A stretch of DNA of 64,000 nucleotides from the human T2T-CHM13v2.0 reference genome, Homo sapiens. Every line of letters starts with the position of its first letter. Positions within the stretch are counted from its first letter, which is position 1. The notes under the pieces were generated by a model, which was given only the letters and a program-made list of their open reading frames with translations, did not search any database and was not told the DNA's origin. Both the position numbers and the translations under genes were made by a program. Shown here in pieces: positions 18,681-35,595 of this stretch. The DNA is taken from NCBI RefSeq assembly GCF_009914755.1, contig NC_060931.1. One strand, given 5' to 3'.

Positions 18681-19989
18681 GTAAGTTATTCTGAAATGAA
18701 CAGAGCCACTAGACCCAAAAGACAAAACTGAACCACATGTGCCACCTCTCAGGGCAATCGGAGACGAATCATACTGAATAATCACAGCTCAGAAAAAATC
18801 AAAGTGTTCCATGTAAAAGGCAGAAGCTGAAAGAGCAAAACTTGGTATGACTGACACACAAACAGCGCTGAGAGACAGCTGCATAAACAGAGGCATGAAA
18901 CCCCAAATCGTAAAATCTGAGGTTAAGTATCCTGAGACACGAGGTCACCCTGCTAAAAGAATCCCTCGAATCCAACAGTAAGGGAAGAACGGAATCTATG
19001 CAGAATTACAAATAAACTCAAAAGGTCATAAATGATCTTAAAAACACACAAGCGCAATAAGATACAGCCTGACTTAATAAAGCCAGGCTGCTAAGGGTCT
19101 GTGGCCTTGCTGGCTAGATGAGGCAATGCAGGCTCCCACTCTCTGCAAGAATCAAACTGCTGTACAAAGGGGCCTTGTTCTCCTTATGTTCTCCTCTTTC
19201 ACACAGGGAGAATTTCACTAAACAATAATAATGGCATAGGTTCTCTGTTAGTGTAAATGTTTAAAAAGATTCCATTAAAGATGGTAGATTAAACGCATGC
19301 ATTTACTATTACTTCCTCTTGAAACCCCACTAAAATGACAGTAAGAACATTTAAAAAAGATATATAACATAAAAATAAAGCTACCAGGAGAGGAGAAAAC
19401 AGTATTGGACTTTCAGAAGCTGAACAGATGATGGGTGAGCAAACTGGTTTAGCAGACCCAAGAGAGCTGAATCCTAAGCCAGCAAATAGAGAAATCCAAG
19501 ATTCAGCCCAAATTATGCTTTAGAATTCCTCAAAGGCTCAGAAACTGGCTGCACTAGTTCCCCCGACAGGAAGCATGGATTGAGGAGGTACCAAACCCAC
19601 TCCCCACCAAAAACCCAAAGGCAGGTTTATATTCTGTTTAAGACACGATTAGAATCTCAAGTTCCTGAGCCCCCTGCATATATTCACAGCTGAGCACCTG
19701 CCCACTCCATGCCCCGACAGATGCTTAGAGGTTTCTTCTCAGAAGACAATTCAGAAAGGATCTGTGGTCTGTGGGACAGCAGGTATAGCTGAGAGCAGGG
19801 CTGCCATAATAAAACTATTTCCTTTCCTGTTTCTGGACCACCAGGGACCATTGCAAGCTGCAGAAAATGAGAAGACCCTACTGACCAGCCCAAGAAGACA
19901 GATGACAAGATACTGAGGTTGGGATTCCCTAAGGAAATGATCCAGCAGATCACTCCAAGATAGAGTCAGCCCCATACCATAAGGGTGCT

Positions 19990-20230
19990 CTTTATTTTTT
20001 ATTATCATTTTTATTTATTTATTTTTGAGACGGAGTCATGCTCTGTTGCCCAGGCTGGAGTGCAGTGGCGCAATCTCGGCTTCACTGCAACCTCCACCTC
20101 TCGGGTTCACGTGATTCTCCTGCCTCAGCCTCCTGAGTAGCTGGGATTACAGGTGTGCACCACCATACCCAGCTAATTTTTGTATTTTTTGAAGAGATGG
20201 AGTTGCACCATGTTGGCCAGGCTGGTCTTT
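19990..20230 (-). mobile_element. Alu, 5'-truncated
   Basis: Similarity stops at ggctggtct. Confidence 0.9.
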
Positions 20231-20295
20231 AGTCTCCCACTCTCAAATACAAGCATATAACCAATGACCATCAGCCACCTCAGAAAAACTTCTAA

Positions 20296-20618
<323 letters not shown>

Positions 20619-21480
20619 AAAAAAGATTTTTTTTTTTTTTTAATATTAAAGAACTAGTCCATAAGACCCAATTTAAAACTTTTCTTTTTAGTAGTTCTAG
20701 ACAGAAAGGAGAAAAAAAAAATAGAAGAGAGGATATATTCGTTGAAATAATTCTGGAAATGTTAAGAAGTGAAGGACATGAGTTTCCACATTAAAGGTGT
20801 CTACAATGGATAAAACCAGACACACCGTCTGAGGCACATTATAGCGAAATTTCAAAACAATGGAGACAAAGAGAAAATCGAATGAGAAAAACATGGTCAT
20901 ACACAGAGGATTAGGAATCTGAATGCCTTTTGAGTTCTCAATTACTGCAAGGAAAGCTGAAAGACAGTAGGTCCAACCTCAAAGGGGGAATAGTTTCCAG
21001 CCAAGAATTCTATATCCAAATCAAATGCATAGGGAGAATGAAAACACGTTTGGACATTAAAGGTCTCAAAAAGTTGTACTTTTTACATGCCAGTTTCTTA
21101 GGAATCTCCTAGAAGTTGCGTTTCCTGTGAATGAAAGAGTAATTTTAGGAAACACGGGATCCCAGAGACATTTCACTCAAGACAGAGCTGGTGATCTCAG
21201 GATAACAGCTGTGAACTAGGTGGTAGAGAGTGAACTGTCCAAGGTAGGTGGGTAAGTAAGTGTCCTGCAGAGACTTCTTCAAAAAGATGAACCTGATAGC
21301 AAATCCAACGCATCTGAAAGTCTGAGAGGCAATATATTTGAGATGGCAGAGAGTTTGAGAGTTGTTAACAAAAGAACACAGAAATCTAGATGAAGAAAAT
21401 AATAAAAGTTAACCAAAGGTGGCACTGGAAACAAATAGCAATTGCAGGAGATGGCATGGCTTGACTGTGAACAGTGTTCA

Positions 21481-22005
<525 letters not shown>

Positions 22006-22594
22006 CTAGAAAATCTGAAAGTGGTTGTTGTTTGAGAGGGGGAAATGGAGGTGTGTTTGTGTTTGAGGAGGGTACAAGGAAATGCTGTTTTTTGTTTTTG
22101 TTTTGTTTTTTAATAAACTTGGACTTTTTAACTGTCCATGTAGAATTTTGACAAAACTAAAAATAAGGTTTAAAATAGTGGTGACTGTATCCATCCAAGA
22201 AAGGAAAAAGCACATCAACAACCTCAGCCAAAAAATGTAGGGCAGAGGAAAGGAGAGGACTGGCAGGCAAACAGTAGTGACAAATCCTTGTGAAGTGTCC
22301 TACTGGGTACTAGGTGCTATGTTTGGTTCTCTATCTTGTGTAATCCACATAATAAACATGTTGTAGTCACATTCCTATCTTTAGAATGAGAGCAAAAGTC
22401 CAAAAAAAGCTAAGTGATAGATGTGCTTAGGCCATATCCTCAGGAAGTAGAAGGGCCAAGATTCAAATTGGAGGGTGTTAAAGAGACCGTGGCCATTACA
22501 TGATCCCATGTTACTGGTAGCTTTCAAACTGGAAAATGACAGAACTAATAGTCATGTCTTTCAAATATTTCTCAAGGAAACGGCAAAGAGAGGC

Positions 22595-22895
22595 TTTTTG
22601 TTTTGTTTTGTTTTAGAGACAGGGTCTTCCTCTGTCGCCCAGACTGGAGTGCAGTTGTGCAATCATAGCTCACTGCAGCCTCAACTTCTTTGGCTCAAGG
22701 ATCCTCCCTCCTCAGTCTCTGGAAGAGCTGGGACTACAGTGCATGCCACCATATCCAGCCAATGTTTTAATGTTTTGTAGAGAGACAGTCTTGCTATGCA
22801 GCCCAGGATGGTCTTGAATTCCAGGGCTCATGCAATTCTCCCATTTCAGCCTCTTAAAATGCTGGCAATATGGGTGTGAGCCACCTCACCTGGCC
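22595..22895 (-). mobile_element. Alu (J-type)
   Basis: Diverged dimer. Confidence 0.9.
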
Positions 22896-23011
22896 AGAGC
22901 ATTGTTTTTTGTTTGTTTGTTTGTTTTACCCCTTATTTGTGTGCAATATCCCTAAGTTAACTCCCTTTGTTTAACTTATCTAAAACTTACAGAAAACAGT
23001 GTATATTCCAA

Positions 23012-23306
23012 TTTTTTTTTTTTTTTGAGATGGAGTCTCACTCTTGCCCAGGCTAGAGTGCAGTGGCACAATCTTGGCTCACTGAAACCTCTGCCTCCCA
23101 GGTTCAAGAGATTCTCCTGTCTCAGCCTCCCGAGTAGCTGGGATTACAGGCATGCCCAACCATGCCCAGCTAATTCTTGCATTTTTAGTAGAGATGGGGT
23201 TTCGCCACGTTGGCCTGGCTGGTCTCGAACTCCTGACCTCAGGTGATCTGCCTGCCTCAGCCTCCTGAAGTGCTAGGATTACAGGCATGAGCCACCGCAC
23301 CCGGCC
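23012..23306 (-). mobile_element. Alu (Sx-type)
   Basis: TSD tatattccaa. Confidence 0.95.
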
Positions 23307-24049
23307 TATATTCCAAATTCTTAAGGTACTTCAACTTCTGTTGGCATTCAGTCTAAACAATGAGTGCACTAAAAAGCCTACTGTCTGTTAATTATTTCTC
23401 TACTCAAGTACAGCACAAGAGGCCTTAGGCAAACGAGGGGAGCCGAAAGCTTTTTATGCAGACCTCTAAAGTCAGTGTGCTCTGCCTTTGATTTGTTTGA
23501 TTTTATTTACAAGCTTCCATCCCTTCTCAGAAAATAATAACCAAAAAAATAAAACTGCCACAGTGAAGTATATTCTCCTCCCATTACATGAACTAGTTCC
23601 TAACAGTTACAGGCAAGAGGTTGCAGATGAAGAACTGACTTCCCATCGGTTTCCCTTGTAACTTCTCCGTAGAGTCATCTATATGGGAGATCCAGTCACC
23701 TCAAACTCAAAATGTCACAAAGAAAAAACTTGTATCATTCAGCTGGCCCCCAGCCACTGTCTCAAACCAGGTTCTGCTAAAAGTTGTTCCAGCTTTTGTT
23801 ACAAATACTGCAGAGTCACTGAAAAAAGTTCTAATCATACAAAGGTCTCATAGTTCTACACATTCAAGAGTTGAAATAAGAAGGAAATCTTATATATGAG
23901 CTGAAAAAAGAGTATCCCACAAGCTATTTATTAGCATCAACATTGGAGGTGGTTTGTATGACTATTCCTCCACGTAACACTATACCATTCTTTATTTAAA
24001 AAGCAAATGGTCAGAACCTTTAGGAAAAAGCCTTTATTAAGAAACTGCT

Positions 24050-24408
24050 TGATACAGTTTGGCTGTGTCTCCACCCAAATCTCATCTTGAATTATAGTTC
24101 CCACAATTCCCATGTGTTGTGGGAGGGACCAGGTGGGAGGTAATTGAATCATGGAGGAGGGCCTTTCCTGTGCTATTCTGGAGACAGTGAATAAATCTCA
24201 CAAGATCTGATGGTTTTACGAAGGGGGGTTTCCCTGCACAAGTTCTCTTCTCTTGTCTGCCTCCATGTGAGACATGCCTTTCACCTTCTGCCATGATTGT
24301 GATGCCACCCCAGCCACGTGAACTGTGAGTCCATTAAACCTCTTTTTTCTTATAAATTACCCAATCTCAGGTATGTCTTTATCAGCAGCATGAGAAAAGA
24401 CTAACACA
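24050..24408 (+). mobile_element. THE1 solo LTR (MaLR)
   Basis: tgatacagtttggctgtgtc...ctaacaca; 5-bp TSD ctgct/ctact. Confidence 0.9.
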
Positions 24409-24559
24409 CTACTATAGGCAAGGCACAATTCTAGATGCTTTTTATACTTCACTTCATTTAGCCATCACAATCACCCCAGAAAACAGAGCTACTCCCATAT
24501 TGCAGTTAAGAATGAGAAATTGTGAAACGAGGATTGGAAAACACATTCACCAGCGCAAA

Positions 24560-25460
<901 letters not shown>

Positions 25461-25810
25461 TCAGCATTTCAAAGGCCATATATAATAGACAAAACGGAAT
25501 AAAACAAAAATAAAAAAGAACACTAATGCAAAACGAATCATTCATATTATTTTCATTTCTACACTCAAGGGCTTTTATGTAATCTTAGTGTCAATTATTA
25601 TTTTCTAAATGGGTCTTCCAAACATACAATCATACTTACAAGCCACAGAGCAGGGGGAGTACTGATGAAAGAAGAGAGGCTACCGGACCTTCTCACAACT
25701 CAAAATTAATGTTAACTGCGTGGGAGTAGAGGAAGTCCAGGGGTCGTCTGAGGGAGAAGTGATTTTGGAATACTGAGGGGTGATTTTTAGACTACAAAAA
25801 AGAGTGTTAC

Positions 25811-26503
25811 TGAAACCACCCAGTGGGTTCACCTTGCCCACTGCCTAGACAGAGCCAATTAATCAAGACAGGGGAACTGCAATGGAGAAAGAGTAATTCA
25901 CACAGAGCCAGCTGTGCGGGAGACCGGAGTTTTATGATTACTCAAATCGGTGTCCCTGAGCATTCAGGGAGCAGAGTTTTTAAGGACAACTTGGTGGGTG
26001 GGGGGAAGCCAGTGAGCCAGGAGTGCTGATTGGTCAGAGATGACATCATTGGGAACTGAAGATGTCCTCTTGAGCTGAGTCAGTTCCTGGGTGGTGGCCA
26101 CAAGATCAGATGAGCCAGTTTATCAAGCTGGGTGGTGCCAGCTGATCCATCAAGTGCAAGGTCTGCAAAATTTCTCAAGCACTCATCCTAGGGGCAGTTT
26201 AGGGAGGGTCAGAATCTTGTAGCCTCCAGCTGCATGACTCCTAAACACTAATTTCTAATCGTTTGGCTAATTTCTTAGTCCTACAAACGCCATCGGGTCC
26301 CTAGCAAGAAGGAGGTTTGTTTTAGGGAAGGGCTATTATCATCTTTGTTTTAAATTATAAACTATAAACTAAATTCCTCCCAAAGTTAGTTCAGTCTACA
26401 CCCAAGAATGAAGAAGGACAGCTTGGGGGTTAGAAGCAAGATGCAGTCAGTTAGGTGAGATCTCTTTCTTTGTCTCAGTCATAATTTTGCAATGGTGGTT
26501 TCA
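25811..26503 (-). mobile_element. LTR8 solo LTR (ERV1)
   Basis: Reverse homologue of 3362-4029; perfect 4-bp TSD ttac. Confidence 0.85.
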
Positions 26504-27309
26504 TTACAGTGGTATCTTTTGAACTTCCCAGATTTACCAAAATTTGTTCTTGCCGGTTGTAGCTACAACTGTATAGTTTCTTCTTTGGGTAAGAAGAGGC
26601 AGAGATCACAAGGGCAGACTTGTGATTGCCTGCAATAGTGGAATGCTGAGAGCTGTTGCCACCTTCTTCTGAGTTTACTGGTAATAAGTAGGATTCACAT
26701 GGTAACAGTTGCCCGTGGAACCATTTTCACAGACAAAACTATAACCATAAGATTACATTCTTGACATAGCCAAGTGCAATTCTAAAAGTTTATCTGGAAA
26801 CTCATTTTCTGAAGTTTCAACTTTAATCTCCAATTTTGTTGGAGTGGAGCTAAATCCTCTGATCAGCGTTACCAAAATGCCAATTTCCTCTGATACTTCT
26901 CTAAAAGCAACTGCTGCTGGGAGCAATCAGGCCTCTGATGAGGGTGAGTTCCACATGTACCACAGTCACTAGGTTTTGCTAAGAGAATACTGTGCAAAAC
27001 CTAAATGGAGATACACAAGTCCCTTCTTATTCCAAGATGGGAGGGTGTGGGGGTGGTGATAGCTCTTCTTCCCCTCCCTTCACAGACTACAAGTTTTATT
27101 ATCTCCAAGGAGGAGGTCCCTGTGATCAGTGCCTAATTATCTACAGGGTCTTAATTATGGCCAGACTCTCAGAGCTAATGATCATGGAGATCAAGGAGAC
27201 TGCTGTTGGCTGTGCTGGGACAGGGACTCTGTCTCCTGTTTCCAAAGGACATTTCACCTTCCCTACCTTGTCTGTACAATGTACTTGTTCAAAGTAGACT
27301 TTGTATTTG

Positions 27310-27815
27310 GAAACACTTGGGATTGAATTCTAGTTGTGTCCTATTTGCCCTTGGACAAGACTTGCACTTTTTTTTTTTTTTGAGACAGAGTCTTGCTCTG
27401 TCATCCAGGCTGGAGTACAGTGGTGCAATCTTGGCTCACTGCAACCTCTGCCTCCTGGGTTCAAGTGATTTTCCTGCCTCAGCCTCCCAAGTAGCTAGGA
27501 TTACAGGCAAGTGCCACCATGCCCACCTAATTTTTATATTTTCAGTAAAGATGGGGTTTTGCCATGTTGGCCAGGCTGGTCTTGAACCCCTGACCTCAGG
27601 TGATCCACCCGCCTCAGCCTCCCAAAGTGCTGGGATTACAGGCATGAGCCACTGCACCCAGCTAGACTTGTACTCGTTTAAGCCTCAGTTTCCTCCTTTG
27701 GAATATGAGAAAAAATAGTATCTATGATCCAATAGACTTCTGTAAGGATTAAATGAGTTATGGCATGTGTAGTGCTTACCACGGTAACCTTAATAAATGT
27801 TACTGGTTGCTGAAT
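27310..27815. mobile_element. MIR split by Alu
   Basis: agcctcagtttcctc...aggattaaatgag MIR core. Confidence 0.7.
27368..27663 (-). mobile_element. Alu (Sx-type)
   Basis: TSD agacttg(c/t)ac. Confidence 0.95.
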
Positions 27816-28135
27816 TTATCAGCAGACTCCAAAACTAAGGAATGACACCAGACATTTTCTTCGTGGTGATGAAAGACACTAGAAGATAATGAAATAATTT
27901 TGTGGGAAGGCAATAGAGGAATATCCTCAAAGTGCTAATAGGAAATACCTCGATTTAGAGTTTCTACTCTGATGATCTATTATTCAAGAAAGTGAAATAA
28001 AGATGTTTTGGGGAGAAAAAAGAAGGCTAAGTTTACCACTGAGTTCAGTAAGAAGTAAACTGTGCCAGCAGGAACAGCTGGGAGTGCCAGAAACAAAGGT
28101 GAACTGAGAAAGTGGTATGTATGAGGACACATCTA

Positions 28136-28544
<409 letters not shown>

Positions 28545-30363
28545 TCAGAATTCAACTAAGTATAAATTTTAAAAATATCCAGGTAGAGGATTCTGGGAAG
28601 ATGCTGGAGTAGAAAGCACGAGGAATACTTTACCCCACCCAGACAAAAATTACACTGGCAGAATTTGTCTGATGTAACTATTTTGGAACTCTGGAGTCTA
28701 TTGAAGGCTTGTAACATTCAGGGGAAGGCTTGACAGTAAATTGCAGTTATTTTCAGTCAATCTCCGCTCTTAGCTCCAAAGCCACTACCAGTCCCTGACG
28801 ACTCAGCCCCATGGCAGGCAGCTGTGTACATGTTATGGGAGCAGCTTGCATGTAGCTTCTAAGAGCCAGGATAGGCAATAAGAACACTGTCTTCAAAATA
28901 TTAAGGATCTGTGTTCTTGTCATGGAAGGGCGGAATAGAGGCAGCCAGTCAGGGTGCCAAGCCCCTCCCCATCTAGCTTAAGTGACTCCCTGGGGACTTC
29001 AAGGGCCAGTGCTTCCCCCATCCCTACTCTTTCACTTTTCTCTTTCCCACCTTTGGGAGGTGTACATTAAAGACTAAGACATTAAAAAATAAACATATTT
29101 ATAGGGAAATTATAGTTACCATGGATGCCCAGGGAAAGGTACAGTCTTCAAAGAGAACTGAAAAGACTAAGTTCATACCTCGGGCTGATCCTTGGCACAG
29201 AGACAGCCTTCAATAATCAAACAAAACAAAACAAAGCAAAACAAAACTCCAGAAAACACTGAGAGGCAAAGAATCTGATTCCCACGGTGGCCACATGATA
29301 GGATACAAATGTCCAGTTTTCAACAAGAAAATCACAAGGCACACAAAGAAACAGTGAAGTATGGTCCATCCAAAAGAAAACTACAAATCCAACAGAAACT
29401 GACCCTGAGAAAGGGTAGATGGCAGATCCACTAGAAACAGACTTTAAAACAGCCATCTTAAAGATGCTCTAAAAACTACAGGAATATGTGGGAAAAGTCA
29501 AGAAAAGGATATATGAACAAAACAGAAATATCAATAGGCATAGAAAACCTAAAAAGAAACCAAAAAGAAATTCTGGAACTAAAAAGTATAATAACTGAAA
29601 TGAAAAATTCATTAGAAGAATTCAAAGGCATATTTCTACAGGCAGAAGGATTAGTGAACCTGAAAACAGGACAATGGAAATGATCACATCCGAATAGCAA
29701 AAAAAAAAGAAAGAAAAGAAAAAAAGTGAACAGAGATTAAGGGACCATGAACACCATCAAGTGAACTGACATTTGCACGTGGCAATCTCAGAAGGAGAGA
29801 GACAGAAGACGACAGAGAGAATGCTTGAAGAAATAATGGTCAAAATTTTCCCTAAATTTAATGAAAGACATAAATATAAACATTGAAGAAGTTCAAGGAA
29901 CTCCAAGGATAATGAACTAAAAAAGACACACACCAAGACACATTATAATCAAACTGTCAAAAGTCAAAGACAGAGAATCTTGAAAGCAGCAAGAGAGCAG
30001 TGACTTGTCACACATACAGGGGATACTTAATATGGTCATAGAAGATTTCTAATCAGACATTTTGGAGCTCAGAAGGCTAATAATGTTTAAAGTGCTGAAA
30101 GAAAAAAAATGTCAACCAGGAATCCTATACTGGCAAAACACGAGGAAGGAAATAAGACATTTCCAAATAAACAAAAGCTGAGGTAGTTCATCACTCTACT
30201 AGATCTTCCCTGTAAGAAATGCTAAATGGAGTCCTACAGGTTGAAATGAAAGGGCACTAGACAGTAATTTGAAGCTGCATGAAGAAGTAAAGATCATAGT
30301 AAAGGTAAATATATGGGCAAATATAAAATTGATTGTTATAGCTTTGTTTTGTAACTCTATATA

Positions 30364-30673
<310 letters not shown>

Positions 30674-31571
30674 TCTATGTTTTGTTTTCTATGTTAACAC
30701 ACTAATGTGTTAAAAAAAAAAAAAAAAAAAAAAAAAGACAAGTATTAGTTTATGTTTTGGGGCACACAATGTATCAAAAAGGTGTTATTCTGTGACATCA
30801 ACAACTGAAATGAGTGGGGACAGAGCTGTAAAGGAATATAGTTTTGTATGCTGTTGAAGTTAAGCTGGTATAAATTAAAATTAGAGTATTAAAACTTTAG
30901 AATGTTAAATGCAATGTCCATTGTAAGCACAAGGAGAATAGCTACAGCATCTACACAAAAGGAAATGAAAAGGTAATTTAAATGTTTCACTGCAAAGAAT
31001 CAACTCAACACAAAGAAGACAATATTCAGAAAATGAGACAAAAAAGCTGTAAGGCATATGAGAAATAACAAAATGACAGAAGTAAATCCCTCCATATCAG
31101 TCATTACTTTCGATGCCTATTAATTAAACCCTCCCATCCAAAGACAGAGATTGGTAGAATAAACAAAAAGATATGATCCCATTCTATGCTATCTACAATA
31201 GATTCGCTTTGAACCCAAAGATACAAGTGGATTGAAAGGGAAAGGATGGAAAAAGGTATTCCATGCAAACAGTAACCCAAAGACAGCAGGAGCGGCTCTA
31301 CTAATATCAAAGAAAATACGACTTTGAATTAAAAAGGTTATGAAACAAAGAAAAATATTACATATTGATAAAAGGTTCAACAGAGCAAGAACATATAACT
31401 ATTATAAACATTTAGGCACCTCATAACAGATAATCAACATATACAAAGCAGATACTGATATAATTGAAAGGAGAAATGACAATTCTACAACAATACTCAG
31501 AGACTTCAATACCTCATTCTTTTTCATAGATACAACAACCAGAGAAAGATAAGCAAGAAAATAAAGCACTT

Positions 31572-31860
31572 GGATGGGCACGGTGGCTCACACCTGTAAT
31601 CCCAGCACTTTGGGAGGCCAAGGCAGGTGGATCACCTGAGGTCCCGAGTTCAAGACCAGCCTGACCAACCCCATCTCTACTAAAAATACAAAATTAGCTG
31701 GGCATGGTGGCACATGCCTGTAATCCCAGCTACTCGGGGGGCTGAGGCAGGAGAAATTGCTTGAACCTGGGAGGTGGAGGTTGTGGCGAGCCGAGATCAC
31801 GCCACTGCACTCCAGCCTGGGCAACAAGAGCAAAACTCCATCTCAAAAAAAGAAAAAGAA
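31572..31860 (+). mobile_element. Alu (Sp/Sq-type)
   Basis: TSD aagaaaataaagcacttg. Confidence 0.95.
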
Positions 31861-32091
31861 AGAAAGAAAATAAAGCACTTGAAGGGCACAATAAGCCAAC
31901 TTGATTTAACAGGCACACAGAACACTGTACCTAACAACAACAGAATACACATCCTTCCCAAGTACACATGGGACATTTTCCAGGAAAGGCGGTAAGTTAG
32001 GCTACCAATTAGGCCTAGATTCAAAAACATAGATATCATACAAAGCATATTCTCCAAGAACAATGGGATGAAGTTAAAAATCAATAAACGA

Positions 32092-32443
<352 letters not shown>

Positions 32444-33954
32444 TTAAGCAACACACCCCTAAATATTACCAATGGATCACAGAAGAAATCACAAGGGAAA
32501 TTAGAAAATGCTTACAGACTAATGAAAATGAAACCACCACATATCAAAACGTATGGGACACAGTGAAAGCAATGCTAAGGTAAAAACTTATAGCTATAAA
32601 CACTGATTTTTAAAAAAGAAGACCTCAAATCAACAACCTAACTTCAAAACTTCAGGAACTAAAAACAGGACAAACTGAACCAAAAGCTAGCAGAAGGAAA
32701 TAATAAAGATTAGAGCAGAGATTAACAAAATAGAGAATAGAAAAAAACAAAACAAAACCCACAAAACCCAAAGCTGGTTCTTTTAAAAGATCAACAAAAT
32801 TGACAAACCTTTAGCTGGATGAATTTTTAAAAAGAGAGAAATAAGACTTGAATTACCAAAATCAGAAATGATTTTGCTACCAATTCTGCATTAAAAAAAA
32901 AAAAAACTGTAAGAGTGTACTATAAACAATGGTACGCCAACAAATGGATAACCTAGATGAAATAGACAAATTCCTAGAAACATGAAATCTACCAAGACTA
33001 AGTCACAAAGAAACAGAAAATCTGATTAGACTCATAACTATTACGGAGATTAAATCAGTAATTTAAGATCTCCCTACGAAGAAAAGCCCTGGACCTGATG
33101 GCTTCACTTGTGAATTCTACAAAACATTTAAAAGAGAACTAACACCAATCTTTCTCAAACTTTTCCAAAACACTGAAGAGGAGGGAATACTTTCAACTCA
33201 TTCAGTGAGGTCAGCATTATCCTGATACCAAAGCCAGACAAAGATCGTACTGGAAGAAAACTGTATATGAATATCACTTTTGAATACTGACACAAAAATC
33301 CTCAAAACACCAGCAAGCCAAATTCAGCAGCATATTAAAAGAATTATATGCCCTGGACAAGTGGGATTTATCCCTGGAATGCAAGGATGGATCCATGTAA
33401 TATACCACATTAATAGAATGAAGGACAAAAACCACATGATCATCTCAATTAATGCAGGAAAGGCATCTGACAAAACAACACCCTTTCGTGTTTTTCATGA
33501 TAAAAACACTCAACAAAGAAGGAACAGCTGGAAACTATCTTAACGTAATAAAAGCCACATATGAAAAAACCTACGGTGAGTATCATACTCAATAGTAAAA
33601 CATTGAAAGCTTTTCCTCTAAAATAGAGCAAGGCAAGGATGACCATCTTCACTACTTTCCTTCAAAATAATAATGGAAGTTCTCACCACAGCAATTAGGT
33701 AAGAAGAAGAAATACAAGGTATCCAAATTGGAGAGGAAAAAGTAAAATAATTTTTGTTTTTAAATGATATGATGTTATATGTAGAAAATTATAAAGATTC
33801 AACCAAAAAACTGTTTAAACTAATAAAGGAATTCAGCAAAGTGGCAGGATACAAAGTTAACATGCAAAAATGAGCTGCATTTCCACATACTAATAATGAA
33901 CAATCTGAAAAGAAAAAACAAAAACAAAAACAGGTTCATCAACAATAGCCACCA

Positions 33955-34260
33955 TAGTGAGTGGTGGCTCATGCCTGTAATCCCAACACTTTGGAAGGCT
34001 GAGGTGGGCAGATTGCTTGAGCTCAGGAGTTTGAGGCAAGTCTGGTCAACATGGTAAAACCCTGTCTCTAAAAAAATACAAAAATTAGCCAGGTGTGATG
34101 GCATGCACTTGTAGTCCCAGCTACTCAGGAGGCTGAGGTGGGAGGATCTCTTGAGTCTCAGAGGTGGAAGTAGCACCAAGTTGAGACCGTGCCACTGCAC
34201 TAGAGCCTGAGCAACAGGGCGAGACTCCATCTCAAAAAATAAATAAATAAATATAAATAA
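33955..34260 (+). mobile_element. Alu (J-type)
   Basis: Diverged dimer. Confidence 0.9.
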
Positions 34261-34431
34261 AACAAAATTAAAAATAAGATAGCATCAAAAATAATAAAAT
34301 ACTTCAAATTAAATTTAACCAAAGAGATGGAAGACTTGTACAATGAAAAGTATAAAACATTACTGAAAGTAAAGAACACATAAATAAATAGAAATACATC
34401 CCATGTTCATGGATTGAAAGACTTAATATTA

Positions 34432-34755
<324 letters not shown>

Positions 34756-35595
34756 GACATCAACACTACCCAAAGTTACCTACATATTCAATACAGTATC
34801 TATCAAAATAACAAAAACATTTTTTGTAGAAATAGAAATCTATCCTAAAATTCATATGGATTCTCATGGGACCCTTAATAGCCAAAACAATCTTGAGAAA
34901 GAACACAAAACTGGAGGACTCACACTCCCTGATTTCAAAACTTACAACAAAGCTATAATAATCAAAACAGTGTGATACTGGCATAAAGACAGATATGTAG
35001 AACAATGGAATAGAGAGCCCAGAAATAAACCCTAACAAATATAGTCAAATTATCTTTGACAAGGGTGCCAAGACTACTCAATGGGGAAAGGGCAGCGTCC
35101 TTAACAAATGGTGTTGGAAAAACACTACATGCAAAGCAATGAAGCTGGACCCTTATCTAACACCATATGCAAAAATTAACTCAAAATGGATCAAAGACCT
35201 AAACATAAGACTTAAAATTATAAGACTCTTAGAAGGAAACATATGGCAAAGCTTCATGACATTGAACATAGCAGTGATTTCGTGGGTATGGAGAATAGGC
35301 AAGAAAAGAAAGAGTAGACAAACTGGACCTTATGAAAAATTTTAAAAGGCATGCATCAAAAGGCAGTATCAACAGAGTAAAAAGGCAACTCAGAAAATGG
35401 GGAAAAAAATTGCAAATGATGTATCTGGTAAGGGATACTACCCAAAATATATAGAGAATGCCTAAAACTCAACAACAACAACAACAACAAAATCCCAATT
35501 CTTTTCCAAAGAAGATATAGAAATGGACAATAAGCACAGAAAAAAAGTGCTCAGCATCACTTATTAGGCAAATATAAGTCAAAACTACAATAAGA

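Noticed and set aside
26510-27300. Possible hidden exon or processed pseudogene in unique-looking sequence
   Set aside because: Short open frames only, with no recognisable protein and no clear splice pair. A tBLASTx or Dfam search would be needed.
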